From the IMG/VR virus record IMGVR_UViG_3300045988_141753: a stretch of DNA of 64,000 nucleotides; one strand, given 5' to 3'. This DNA is from a virus. The position numbers were made by a program, and so were the translations under genes. Positions within the stretch are counted from its first letter, which is position 1, and every line of letters begins with the position of its first letter. Shown piece by piece: positions 54,997-64,000 of this stretch. The notes beneath the pieces are model-generated. The model searched no databases, had not been told where the DNA came from, and saw only the letters and a list, made by a program, of their open reading frames with translations.

Positions 54997-55160
54997 TTGG
55001 TCTTTCCACCATCCTCATTATCCTCGCTTTCATACTTCGTCCCCGTAATTTTCTCATACTCCTCGGCTGTGGTCCACTTGCCGACGGCGGTGTGCACCAT
55101 AGCAACCGACCACAAACGGCTGTCATAGTATCTCTTGACCTTGATGTAGTTCTTACTCAT
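54993..55160 (-). CDS. xkdX: XkdX-family small protein
   Basis: 55 aa, MSKNYIKVKRYYDSRLWSVAMVHTAVGKWTTAEEYEKITG..., matching the XkdX pattern (..YY..LW......V..G.IT.EEY..ITG). Below the track cutoff. Confidence 0.7.
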   Translation of the reverse strand: MSKNYIKVKRYYDSRLWSVAMVHTAVGKWTTAEEYEKITGTKYESEDNEDGGKTK

Positions 55161-55290
55161 CACCGCTCACCTCATTCAGCTCCACACCACTGAGCATAGC
55201 CAGAAAATCAACGTTTGCCTTTATCCTGTCTATCTCGGTGACCTTTGGCTTTCGGAAATTATCTTCCGTCAATCCCAGTTTCTCCACCAT
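55153..55290 (-). CDS. small protein (XkdW-position)
   Basis: 45-aa ORF overlapping the xkdX start (GTGATGAGTAA); same G+C-rich patch; no clear RBS. Confidence 0.4.
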   Translation of the reverse strand: MVEKLGLTEDNFRKPKVTEIDRIKANVDFLAMLSGVELNEVSGDE

Positions 55291-55333
55291 ATTTTTAGAA
55301 TAACATTAGTTTATTATAGCCCTCTTTAGTTAA

Positions 55334-57226
55334 TTAAGAATTCTGCCAGCAGTTAATCTGATTGCATACCTCAAGACCCATTTTCTCATACCCTCCATTT
55401 GTAGGGTGAACGTTATCCCTTATGTCAGTATCTGGATTCAAAATAAGATGGTTATATGAAACTCTAACTCTTGTAGTAGGATACAGTTCTTTCGCTTTTG
55501 TCGTAGCATAATCGCAATATCTAACAACCCTATTTCTGTACAAAGGCTCAAATACAGAGTGCTTCGACTGGTCAGCGTTAGGAGTCGTTGGAAGATTCAA
55601 GATAACTTTCACCGATGGATTAAACGCATGAATGCTATCAATCATAGCTTTGATGTTTTCCCATGTAGGTATGATTTTCGTATCATCAAAATTATACAAA
55701 TCATTGATGCCAAGCTGAATTGCTACAAAATCAACAGACGAATAGTTATGATTTCTCATGTAGTAAGCAAAATCAAACGTCTGTGAAGATGGATTATAAA
55801 ATGGATTAACAACACCGTCATATGTTTTGTTTGTGAAGTAATCAGATGTAGTCCATCCCGCACGACCTTCGTTATTGTTTCCAGTTCCTTTTCCATCCCC
55901 CAGAGTGCCAAGAAGTGTAACGGTTTTGCCATTTTCTGTAAAGAAAGATTTGATTTTTGCGGTCATAACATCATGGCCTACCGTGCTATCTCCAATGCAA
56001 AGAAGCGAGCAATCCTGAAGGTTTAATGATTTGCAATTCCTTGCATATCCAGTTCCTGTGTTCGCTTCATTCTTCACGAGATTCAATAGCATGTCGTACA
56101 GATTCCACAAATATGCGTTGTTACCATAATATGAAGAGATATTAGAAAACGTATATTTTCCGTCATGTCTGTCTGCCTGTGAACCGCTGTACATGTTTAC
56201 AAAAAATCCTTTAGGGGTTGCAAAGCTATCTGTATACCAACTTTCTTCAATTCCAACAGTCATAAAATATTCACTTTTTGGCAATGAACATCCGATGTTG
56301 TCAGTCAGCAATGACATCGTGTATTTTTTACTGTCAACATATTCAATAGTAGCGATTTTGCTACTTTCAATTATTTCATCTGTTAACTTTTTTGATGCAC
56401 TTGAATAAGGTTCGTATATAGTAGGTGCGCCATCATCAGTCAGTTCGACCATCGAATCAACATCTAAAAAATAGGACTTATTAAGTGTAATCCTAACGAA
56501 TGCTACACCGTTTGGAATAGTACAAGTAGTCTTATTGTAGTCTCCACCGCTTTTTACGTTTTTATCTGCATCAAACATGCAAATTGATGTATAACTGCTC
56601 TGTATGAATTTACCAGAAGATATCAAATAACGAGATAAAGTAACAACTTTGCCAGATTCAACTGGAATATAATCTGTGACAAAATTATTTCCATACGTTT
56701 CTGTGTTTCCATTCGGATTGATATAGTTGTATGGAGAAGTTGTAACCTTTGTCTTATCAAGAAGATTTTTTGATTTAACATTAGTCAACAAATCATCTAT
56801 GTCTTCCTTTAGCTGACTAACATTACTATTTGTATTATTAATTTCTGTTTTAGTTGCAAATGTACTGTTGGCTAATTCTTTAGTATAATAGTTAGAGGTT
56901 AAATTATTATATTCAGTATCTAATTTTGTAGCAGTATTAGATATCTCTAATTTCATAGAAACTATATCAGCTTTATCAGCAGCTACACTTGCTTTGTCTG
57001 CGGCGACCTGTGCGGCTATCTTTTCCATTTCCGCTTTATCGTATAAAATCACCGTTTTATCATCAGTGATATATACAATTGTGCCGTCTTTTATAGTGGA
57101 TTTATCAACGGCTTCCCACTCGGCTTTTGTGCCAATCCACTTTTCGCTTTCAACCTTGTTGCCTAATTCAGTGACAGACTTTTTAGCATTAGCCGCCATA
57201 CCTCTAGCAATAATATCTGTAGCCAT
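55334..57226 (-). CDS. tail fibre protein with C-terminal SGNH/GDSL hydrolase domain
   Basis: N-terminal coiled-coil. The C-terminus carries CIGDSTV (block I), QLGINDL, and DNVHPT (DxxH, block V). Confidence 0.7.
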   Translation of the reverse strand: MATDIIARGMAANAKKSVTELGNKVESEKWIGTKAEWEAVDKSTIKDGTIVYITDDKTVILYDKAEMEKIAAQVAADKASVAADKADIVSMKLEISNTATKLDTEYNNLTSNYYTKELANSTFATKTEINNTNSNVSQLKEDIDDLLTNVKSKNLLDKTKVTTSPYNYINPNGNTETYGNNFVTDYIPVESGKVVTLSRYLISSGKFIQSSYTSICMFDADKNVKSGGDYNKTTCTIPNGVAFVRITLNKSYFLDVDSMVELTDDGAPTIYEPYSSASKKLTDEIIESSKIATIEYVDSKKYTMSLLTDNIGCSLPKSEYFMTVGIEESWYTDSFATPKGFFVNMYSGSQADRHDGKYTFSNISSYYGNNAYLWNLYDMLLNLVKNEANTGTGYARNCKSLNLQDCSLLCIGDSTVGHDVMTAKIKSFFTENGKTVTLLGTLGDGKGTGNNNEGRAGWTTSDYFTNKTYDGVVNPFYNPSSQTFDFAYYMRNHNYSSVDFVAIQLGINDLYNFDDTKIIPTWENIKAMIDSIHAFNPSVKVILNLPTTPNADQSKHSVFEPLYRNRVVRYCDYATTKAKELYPTTRVRVSYNHLILNPDTDIRDNVHPTNGGYEKMGLEVCNQINCWQNS

Positions 57227-57238
57227 AAATCCACCTCC

Positions 57239-57538
57239 TTAATATGTTATAGTTCCCCAAATTTTGTTTACACCCTTGACATTTTTAACAGTTACACTAT
57301 AGTAACCACTAACATCTCCTGCATAAACATTTTCTGTTGTAATCGTATCAACTGTTGAGAAGTCGCTCAGATCAACCATCATAAGCACTTCCTCTGCACC
57401 ATTCTGAGTCAGTTTTCCTACAACCTGAAAACTACCAGTTCCCGAAGCCTGTACTTTAAAATCAGCACCAATGCCAACTTTCAGCTCAAAAGCTTTTCCG
57501 TTTTCATACAGGTTTCCGTTTGTAGCACAATACGCCAT
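57239..57538 (-). CDS. hypothetical small beta-rich protein
   Basis: 99-aa ORF between the endolysin and the fibre gene. Confidence 0.5.
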   Translation of the reverse strand: MAYCATNGNLYENGKAFELKVGIGADFKVQASGTGSFQVVGKLTQNGAEEVLMMVDLSDFSTVDTITTENVYAGDVSGYYSVTVKNVKGVNKIWGTITY

Positions 57539-57611
57539 AGTTCATCTTCCTTTCGTATAAATAAAATATAACAAGGGCGAAGCTGTATTACCTCGCCCTT
57601 TAACAACGATA

Positions 57612-58502
57612 TTACTTAATAGCACTTGCAAGCTTCTTGATAAACTTCTCACCTGCAACACTATTCTGCTTATAACCCCACTTTTTCAGCAGAGCATTAA
57701 CAGCCTTTTCAGTACCCTCGCCAAATATACTATTTTCGTCAAGTGTGACGTTGTGAAGTTTTCTTGCCTTGGCTATGATGAGCATTTCTTTTAGAGCAAG
57801 AACACCACTGGTCTTATCACCCTTTTTATAACCAGACTTTTCGAGTATCGAAAGTTCATTGTTTTTTTGCTTTTTAAAACCATTAAGACCCTTTTTCTTT
57901 ATAATTGCGGTAAAATCTTTATAGGCATAATTGCAATCACAGTTTCCATTTACACCTGAAACCGAGCCTTTACTTGTGTACTGCCACATACCATAGCTAC
58001 CACCGTATGAAGGCTTTGACTTGTCAAATTCAGCAAGCCATACACAATATTTGTTTTTACAATCACTAGGAACTTTACTGTTAAGAAAAGCAGCATAGCT
58101 ATAAAGCATTACATAATAATTTTTCTTTTCACAATAACCGCAAAAAGCATTAATTATACTACCTATAGTAGAAGCCGATAAATCGCACTGTGTACTATCT
58201 TCTATATCAAAAGCAATAGGCATTTCAAAAGTTTTACCCTTGATTGCTTCAAGAAACACCTTGGCTTCTAATTCGGCATCTGCTGATGTTAGAGCATATG
58301 AATACCAATAAGCACCAACTTTAAGTCCTGCTGATTTTGCCTTTTTGTAATTGGTTTCAAAACATTCGTCTTTCTGACCGATACATTTGCCGTAGCCTGC
58401 GTTTATCATAACAAAGTCATATCCTGCCCTTTTTACTTTGTTAAAATCTACATTAGTACCCTGCCAATGAGAAACATCTATACCTTTTATTGTTGTTGCC
58501 AT
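57612..58502 (-). CDS. endolysin: GH25 muramidase + peptidoglycan-binding domain
   Basis: N-terminus IKGIDVSHWQG..DFNKVK.AGYDFVMI is GH25-like. The C-terminus carries a PG_binding_1-like repeat (GEGTEKAVNALLKKWGY). Confidence 0.85.
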   Translation of the reverse strand: MATTIKGIDVSHWQGTNVDFNKVKRAGYDFVMINAGYGKCIGQKDECFETNYKKAKSAGLKVGAYWYSYALTSADAELEAKVFLEAIKGKTFEMPIAFDIEDSTQCDLSASTIGSIINAFCGYCEKKNYYVMLYSYAAFLNSKVPSDCKNKYCVWLAEFDKSKPSYGGSYGMWQYTSKGSVSGVNGNCDCNYAYKDFTAIIKKKGLNGFKKQKNNELSILEKSGYKKGDKTSGVLALKEMLIIAKARKLHNVTLDENSIFGEGTEKAVNALLKKWGYKQNSVAGEKFIKKLASAIK

Positions 58503-58522
58503 AAAAATTACTTCCTTTCCAA

Positions 58523-58936
58523 TTAATCTTCCTTTACAGGCAGTTTATTTAATTCGTCTACACAGTTATGTACAAAACTATTGCCACCAATAGATGAATA
58601 GCTTTCGTATAGTCTTGCGAGATTTTCTTTTTCGTACAGTGAAATACTATTTTCTTTCATTCTTGAATTATAAATTGCTAAAATAGAATTTCTCAGCGTG
58701 GCCTGCAAAGCCAAACTTTGTTTTTGTAACTCATTTTCCATGCTTTGATTCTGTTCTACCTGTCTTTCCACTAATACTGTTAATTTATCTATTTTTTTAT
58801 TTAGATTATCTTTGCCACTTGTTTTTGAAATCCACTCTACAAATCTATTCCTGATTGGTTTAACAATAATTGTTATCAGTGCCAAAATGGTTGTAATACT
58901 TCCACAGTAGGTAGCAATTTCCTTAACCGTGCTCAT
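58523..58936 (-). CDS. membrane-anchored coiled-coil protein of the lysis cassette
   Basis: N-terminal TM helix ITTILALITIIV followed by a coiled-coil. Confidence 0.5.
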   Translation of the reverse strand: MSTVKEIATYCGSITTILALITIIVKPIRNRFVEWISKTSGKDNLNKKIDKLTVLVERQVEQNQSMENELQKQSLALQATLRNSILAIYNSRMKENSISLYEKENLARLYESYSSIGGNSFVHNCVDELNKLPVKED

Positions 58937-58938
58937 AA

Positions 58939-59289
58939 TTACTCACCGCCATTCTTAACCTCGTCAATAAAATCTGTGAGTGATTTATAATTCATATCCT
59001 TAACAGCACTTTCAAGCAAGATGACAAGCTCTACATCGGAAATCTTAATACCCTTTTCTTCAAGCAGGGCAAGCATGGTTTCTTTAGCCTTTTCAAGCTT
59101 TTCTGTGCCGTGAACGTCTTTATAAATCTGTTCTATGTACTTAACCGTTGTAGCCGCCACATCTTTCTTAATGCTGTCATTTGCGATTTTTGTATACTTC
59201 GATTTTACAAAACCGACAATAGCCGTCATAACCGCTGTTAAAATTACAGGCAAATACTCTGTAATCATCTGAGTAATAATCTCTTTCAT
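58939..59289 (-). CDS. holin (LL-H-like)
   Basis: N-terminal TM helix LPVILTAVMTAIVGFV and a charged C-terminal domain; lies upstream of the endolysin. Confidence 0.55.
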   Translation of the reverse strand: MKEIITQMITEYLPVILTAVMTAIVGFVKSKYTKIANDSIKKDVAATTVKYIEQIYKDVHGTEKLEKAKETMLALLEEKGIKISDVELVILLESAVKDMNYKSLTDFIDEVKNGGE

Positions 59290-59331
59290 AACTTTTCCTC
59301 CAATAATAAAAGAGGGTTGTTAGCCCTCTTT

Positions 59332-60864
59332 CTATTTAAGTATTATTTTTATATGTGTTTCATCAATACGTTTGATAACCCTATAACCACTATCTGACTT
59401 GGTTGCCACGCCATTCACACTAGCCGTACAATATCCGTTGACCTCGCACGTTCCGTCATCTTGAACTACTAACTGTCCTAACAAGCCAACTTTGCTATAC
59501 TCTTTTCTAGCCCCACGAGGAACATATTCAAGCGTATCGTTATAGTTTTTACTGACTATAGGATTGTGTGACTCATCATAAATCAACCGTCCATAAACAT
59601 CTGTTTTATACTTATCATGCCAATCTAATTCAGCAGAGTTACCAACAATAGACGGATTAGCTGATATGACGCCGAGTATATAATCGTCTTTATTTGCAAG
59701 CTTGATTTTATCACCGTCAAGCGTAACGAATAATCCGATCCTATCTTGATTGTCAACATTTCCGTCAAGCCATTCAAAATATTCGGCATAGTCAGCACCA
59801 ACAGTTTTGTACGCACCGCCAGCATAAACATTGCCTGAAAAGTCCACTTGCATTGCAGAATTTTGAGTTAGAGTACCATCTTCTTCCTGACCGTTTCCTA
59901 TATTAAATAGTATACTTGCATTTTCCGAGCTTTTATAAGTTGATTTTGCATTGATACCTATAACGGTTTGGTTATCTGCCGTGGCGTGATTCCATGTACC
60001 TGCGACAAGACATCTATCATAATTAAGAACATAATTTTGCTCTCCAAACACGGCGTTATATTTTGCCATTTGGTCTTTAGTTTTGTCACCCTTAACAATA
60101 TTGTATAGACCAACTACAATACTATCAGCTACACCCTCTAGTATATTATCTACGCCACTAACATATGTATCACGAGAATTGGAAATAGTATTTTTTGTAC
60201 CGCTACACTCAACCGCCACACTATATTCAGACGTATTCCACGTACCACTGATGTGATTAGAAATACCACCAACGCTAGTATTATTAAAACCTGTTAAGGA
60301 ATTTAAACTGCTATTTTCACGAAGATAGGGTATATTGCGAGTTTTCATTTCTGAAAAATCAATATAATTATTGCTGTCATAACTATATTCGTAGCAGTGG
60401 TTTGCTTGACCTTCAACATGGTTATAATCACCATGAGCAATATTTTCGAGATAAATAGTAATCTTTTTTGTTCCATCAGGGGTTATAGTATACCAATAAG
60501 AATTGCCATAATAATTAAACTTTTCCGAAATGTGATGATGACCATTACTATCAACGTATTCAACAAATCGTCCTACACTAGAATTTTGACTTCCTAGAGG
60601 TATGGGTTTGCCATTCCTAATAGCAATGTAGCCAGCGTTTATACCGCCACCACGGAAATAGATCCACACACTGTCTCCCATGCTTAAAATCTCACCTGAT
60701 TTATTCAGAAAAGATTTTTCAGCACCATTATACTCTAATAGCGAAACAATGGCTGTACAATTTGTAGAGTCGTAGCTTTTAACCGTTCCATAGGTGTAAC
60801 CAAGTGTTTTTTTATTATCTTGACTTTCCTTAATCAGCTTATTCATTTTAGACATTCTGTACAC
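59332..60864 (-). CDS. tail spike / appendage protein with C-terminal intramolecular-chaperone (Peptidase_G2-like) domain
   Basis: Central beta-helix-like N/G/S/T-rich repeats. The C-terminus GADYAEYFEW.DGN...DRIG.FVTLDGDKI resembles the autoproteolytic chaperone domain. Confidence 0.6.
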   Translation of the reverse strand: MYRMSKMNKLIKESQDNKKTLGYTYGTVKSYDSTNCTAIVSLLEYNGAEKSFLNKSGEILSMGDSVWIYFRGGGINAGYIAIRNGKPIPLGSQNSSVGRFVEYVDSNGHHHISEKFNYYGNSYWYTITPDGTKKITIYLENIAHGDYNHVEGQANHCYEYSYDSNNYIDFSEMKTRNIPYLRENSSLNSLTGFNNTSVGGISNHISGTWNTSEYSVAVECSGTKNTISNSRDTYVSGVDNILEGVADSIVVGLYNIVKGDKTKDQMAKYNAVFGEQNYVLNYDRCLVAGTWNHATADNQTVIGINAKSTYKSSENASILFNIGNGQEEDGTLTQNSAMQVDFSGNVYAGGAYKTVGADYAEYFEWLDGNVDNQDRIGLFVTLDGDKIKLANKDDYILGVISANPSIVGNSAELDWHDKYKTDVYGRLIYDESHNPIVSKNYNDTLEYVPRGARKEYSKVGLLGQLVVQDDGTCEVNGYCTASVNGVATKSDSGYRVIKRIDETHIKIILK

Positions 60865-60869
60865 CGCCT

Positions 60870-61580
60870 TTACGAATAATCGGCTAAAACCATTTTGCAG
60901 TTACCTACATATTTAACACCATTCATTGTGAATTTTACAACAGTTCCGTCAGCAGGAAACACACTGTCTTGTCCCATATAAACATAGAATATTCCGTCAG
61001 TTTTAGCAGCGTATTGTCCCTCAACTGTGCTATTCAATGGTATATTAAAATCAACTTGTGGTACAAGGTTCGTACCGCCATTGTGCAAACTTTGACTAAA
61101 CATATTATACAAACTTGCCATTTTACTTCCTTGATGTCCTGAATTTGAAGTAGGGGTAAAGAAACCTGTTATCTCTGTATCATCGGACAGCTTTCTCATC
61201 TTTGCAATAGCCCCACCTAATACATAGTCATTATCTCCACTTTTAAACAAAATCAACATTCCCCGACTTGTAGTATACAACATGACACTATCAAACTTGC
61301 TATAGGTAAAGCTGACATAATCAGCATATGGTGACGTTTGGGAAGAGTCATATTCACCACACCCAGCCCAATAACGTGACTTTGCAGGGTCAAACATTAT
61401 TCTAAAGTACGTTGTACCATCAATCCAAAATGTCAAAGTGTTATAATCGGTGGACTCACTATCAGGATAATTTGTTTCAATTTTACTCCAAGCCCACTTA
61501 TCTTCAAAAAATGTTTTTAAATCTGCAAACACAGTTTCAGAAGAAGTTTGATTTGGAGTACAAGTATAAGTATTTATCAT
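60870..61580 (-). CDS. hypothetical tail/baseplate-associated protein
   Basis: ATGA-type overlap with the upstream fibre gene. Confidence 0.5.
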   Translation of the reverse strand: MINTYTCTPNQTSSETVFADLKTFFEDKWAWSKIETNYPDSESTDYNTLTFWIDGTTYFRIMFDPAKSRYWAGCGEYDSSQTSPYADYVSFTYSKFDSVMLYTTSRGMLILFKSGDNDYVLGGAIAKMRKLSDDTEITGFFTPTSNSGHQGSKMASLYNMFSQSLHNGGTNLVPQVDFNIPLNSTVEGQYAAKTDGIFYVYMGQDSVFPADGTVVKFTMNGVKYVGNCKMVLADYS

Positions 61581-64000
61581 CAGTTATCACCATCCAATTC
61601 TGCATTACCGCTTATTCCAATAGCTCCACGAGCGTTAGTATTTGTTTCGTTCATATCAACATAATTGATATTATGTTCTATACAGTATTTTACAATAGGC
61701 AAACAATTTGCGTTTGTAGTATCTGTTATACCATTTCCATACGTGAAAATAGTTCCGACTTGTACATTATCAAGGGTACTAAAATCGGTCATAGTTAAAT
61801 TATTATATTTCCCAGTTTCTGTGTTAAAAGAAGTATGGAGAATAATTTGACCTACGCTTTGACATTTGATTGAGTCGTTAGCTAAAATGCAACCATTTGG
61901 AATAGAAATGCTGTTTACAAAGGCAATCTGAATAGCATTGCTCATGATTTCCGTTGTACCATTTGTTACCACAATATCTGATTTACTCATTGGAACACGG
62001 CAGAGTTTATTCCCTTGGCAGAGGTTATTATCAACGACTTTAAAAGTAGTATTAGAACTATCCACAGTAAACTTGTTTAATTTAGGACAATTATTAAACC
62101 CTGTAAAGCTAGTCAAAGAAGCCCCAATAACAACCGTTGTTAATGCAGAACAATTGTTCACGCCCGATACAGACAAAGCCATATTTGGAATATAAAATGT
62201 TGTAATAGCATTACTATTTAAACCACCAATTTCTTTTACTTTTCCGTCACTCATGAATGACAAATTTTTCAATTTAGGGCAGTTATTAAATCCATTCACT
62301 ATTTCGCAAGAACTTTCAATTCTTAGAGTTGTCAGGTTAGGCATATCGTTACAACCCTCAACGTCAACCACATAGCCTGTAGTTGCTAAAGTTAATGAAG
62401 CTAAATTATTCATGCAGTTCTCAGGTATAGTTTTTAAACTTGTACTATTTGTCATTGGCAATTTTGTCATATTAGGCATATTGCAAAACGATCCGCTTTC
62501 AAGCGTGATACCATTGCTGTCGGTCACATTACCATAAATTACAACATTAATCGTATTACCACTATAGCCGTTAAAAGCGTTTTTAGGTATTTTAGTAGTA
62601 CAATTACCCGATTGAAAGTCCAAACTCAGATTTATGTTTGCCGATGTATTACTTGCAAAACCATCGGTGTCGTTAATATTAGTAGATCGCCCAATTTGTA
62701 TAGTTTGAAGTCCAGATAAATCTCCATCAATACCTTTGCCCATAAGATAAAATCTTCCCTGCACTGTTGCGGGATAAATAACTAAACTTGTTGTTTCTTT
62801 ATTTACATACACTACACATTTATTTGTAGTTGCCGCTTTGATGTTTAAGTTTCCAACAACATGACTTCCTTTTAATATCTCGTTTTGTTTTATTTCTTCG
62901 ATACCTGTTTGCCCATCAACTGAAACCATTGGTACGAAATTCAAGGTGTAAGGTAGTTCCAAACCATTAACAAATGTGCTATTAGCAAGAAACGATTCAG
63001 GGTGTGAAATATCACAGTATGCTATAGGAAATGTAATCTTGGTAAGCTTTTTACAACCTGACAGCACGCCCTTACTGGTCGAAATGTTTGCAAGATTAGC
63101 AGGGAAAACAAAGTCTGTCATATTCTCAAATCTGTTTCCCATAGGTGAAGTGAGGTAGGTAGCTTTTACTTTGGAACAATCTATCTTTGTAGTTGTTTCT
63201 TTATCAAAAGCATTGTCAAAGTTAGTTAAATCATCACTTTCAGACACAATAGTTGTATCGTGTGTACCCAAAGAATAATTCTTTTTAAATGTTGAAATTG
63301 CGTTTGTATTACGTCTGGCTACTTCGTTATCATCATAACGTATCAAACAACGTGACGGTGACATAGATTGAAATTCTACCGTACTATCTGCCGACAATGT
63401 ATTGGTAACTGTAACTTCATTTCCTGTTATCCATTGAGCTATCAGTGTTGCGTTATTATTTGGTACAATGTACACGTCACCATAATTGTATTTATTGCCT
63501 TGACTATCCGTCCATGCGAACAATTTATTCTCGTTATACATATCCCCACCTTGTAAAACAATTTGTTTATTAGGGGGTTGGCTGATACTCTTATAAGTGA
63601 TAGTATTGCCGTCTTTGTCCTTGCCACCATTCGTATTATAAGATATTGTCACTGTATCACTTAAAGTTTCACAGTAAATCGAAATACAATCTGTATCAAA
63701 TGGCAGCCATTGTAGATTAGTGGCTTCAATACTCATTTCAGTAGCCGATAAAGGCATTGTAATAGAATTTACGATAAATAACTGTTTGTCAAAATTATAA
63801 TAATCATTACTAACCCTAACGGTATTATCAACATTCAGATGTGGAGTGATCGGCAGATTATAACTAATACCTGTACTCATACAAGTATGTTGTAATAACA
63901 TATATTCGGCTTGTTGCCTACACTTTTCCTCTCCGCTTTCTTCATTTGTATCTCCTAGGGGTATATAATAAGTGCCACCATCTAAGCCCTTATAGCCAAT
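61580..64000 (-). CDS. receptor-binding protein with Flg_new-type repeat and BspA-like leucine-rich repeats (5' end outside the window)
   Basis: The frame stays open from 63901 to the window edge with no stop. Contains VTISYNTNGG...LFAWTD... (Listeria-Bacteroides repeat) and repeated F.NC..L.. LRR units. Confidence 0.65.
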   Translation of the reverse strand: MGYKGLDGGTYYIPLGDTNEESGEEKCRQQAEYMLLQHTCMSTGISYNLPITPHLNVDNTVRVSNDYYNFDKQLFIVNSITMPLSATEMSIEATNLQWLPFDTDCISIYCETLSDTVTISYNTNGGKDKDGNTITYKSISQPPNKQIVLQGGDMYNENKLFAWTDSQGNKYNYGDVYIVPNNNATLIAQWITGNEVTVTNTLSADSTVEFQSMSPSRCLIRYDDNEVARRNTNAISTFKKNYSLGTHDTTIVSESDDLTNFDNAFDKETTTKIDCSKVKATYLTSPMGNRFENMTDFVFPANLANISTSKGVLSGCKKLTKITFPIAYCDISHPESFLANSTFVNGLELPYTLNFVPMVSVDGQTGIEEIKQNEILKGSHVVGNLNIKAATTNKCVVYVNKETTSLVIYPATVQGRFYLMGKGIDGDLSGLQTIQIGRSTNINDTDGFASNTSANINLSLDFQSGNCTTKIPKNAFNGYSGNTINVVIYGNVTDSNGITLESGSFCNMPNMTKLPMTNSTSLKTIPENCMNNLASLTLATTGYVVDVEGCNDMPNLTTLRIESSCEIVNGFNNCPKLKNLSFMSDGKVKEIGGLNSNAITTFYIPNMALSVSGVNNCSALTTVVIGASLTSFTGFNNCPKLNKFTVDSSNTTFKVVDNNLCQGNKLCRVPMSKSDIVVTNGTTEIMSNAIQIAFVNSISIPNGCILANDSIKCQSVGQIILHTSFNTETGKYNNLTMTDFSTLDNVQVGTIFTYGNGITDTTNANCLPIVKYCIEHNINYVDMNETNTNARGAIGISGNAELDGDN

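Noticed and set aside
53240-64000. Diversity-generating retroelement acting on the tail-fibre genes
   Set aside because: No reverse transcriptase gene is in the window. I could not find a template/variable repeat pair matching the 3' end of any fibre gene. The two repeats at 53.3-53.7 kb are unrelated to the fibre coding sequence.

Overview
The whole window looks like one large, AT-rich phage genome from a low-GC Firmicute (Clostridia-like). It appears to be in the non-integrated arrangement. All protein calls come from motifs read by eye; no database search was run.

Layout:
- 263-53236 (+): early, accessory, replication and nucleotide-metabolism genes.
- 64000-53992 (-): tail fibre, tail spike and lysis genes, converging on the + block.
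- 53240-53990: about 750 bp of non-coding DNA where the two blocks meet.

Main contents:
- An accessory island (4.7-12.2 kb) with a tyrosine recombinase, a complete type III toxin-antitoxin locus (RNA repeats, terminator, toxin), an antirepressor, HicA and MazF toxins with no visible antitoxins, and a promoter carrying LexA-type boxes.
- Three tRNAs (Leu-UAA, Lys-UUU, Gln-UUG).
- A replication and recombination module: SSB-like protein, Sak4-like ATPase, DnaB-like helicase, primase, DHH/RecJ-like exonuclease, Pol III alpha-like polymerase and RecD-like helicase.
- Three group I introns: one in the ATPase gene (Vsr/PD-(D/E)XK-like homing endonuclease), one in the polymerase gene (LAGLIDADG endonuclease), and an ORF-less one that splits nrdD at its glycyl-radical motif.
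- Four DNA methyltransferases and a PAPS-reductase-like gene.
- A nucleotide-metabolism block: ThyX-like protein, guanylate-kinase-like protein, deoxyribosyltransferase-like protein, 5'-nucleotidase, NrdDG and Dut.
- A large serine integrase.

The most novel-looking element is a pair of diverged small-RNA genes in the convergence zone. Each has its own promoter and terminator, and the shared hairpin shows compensatory base changes between the two copies.
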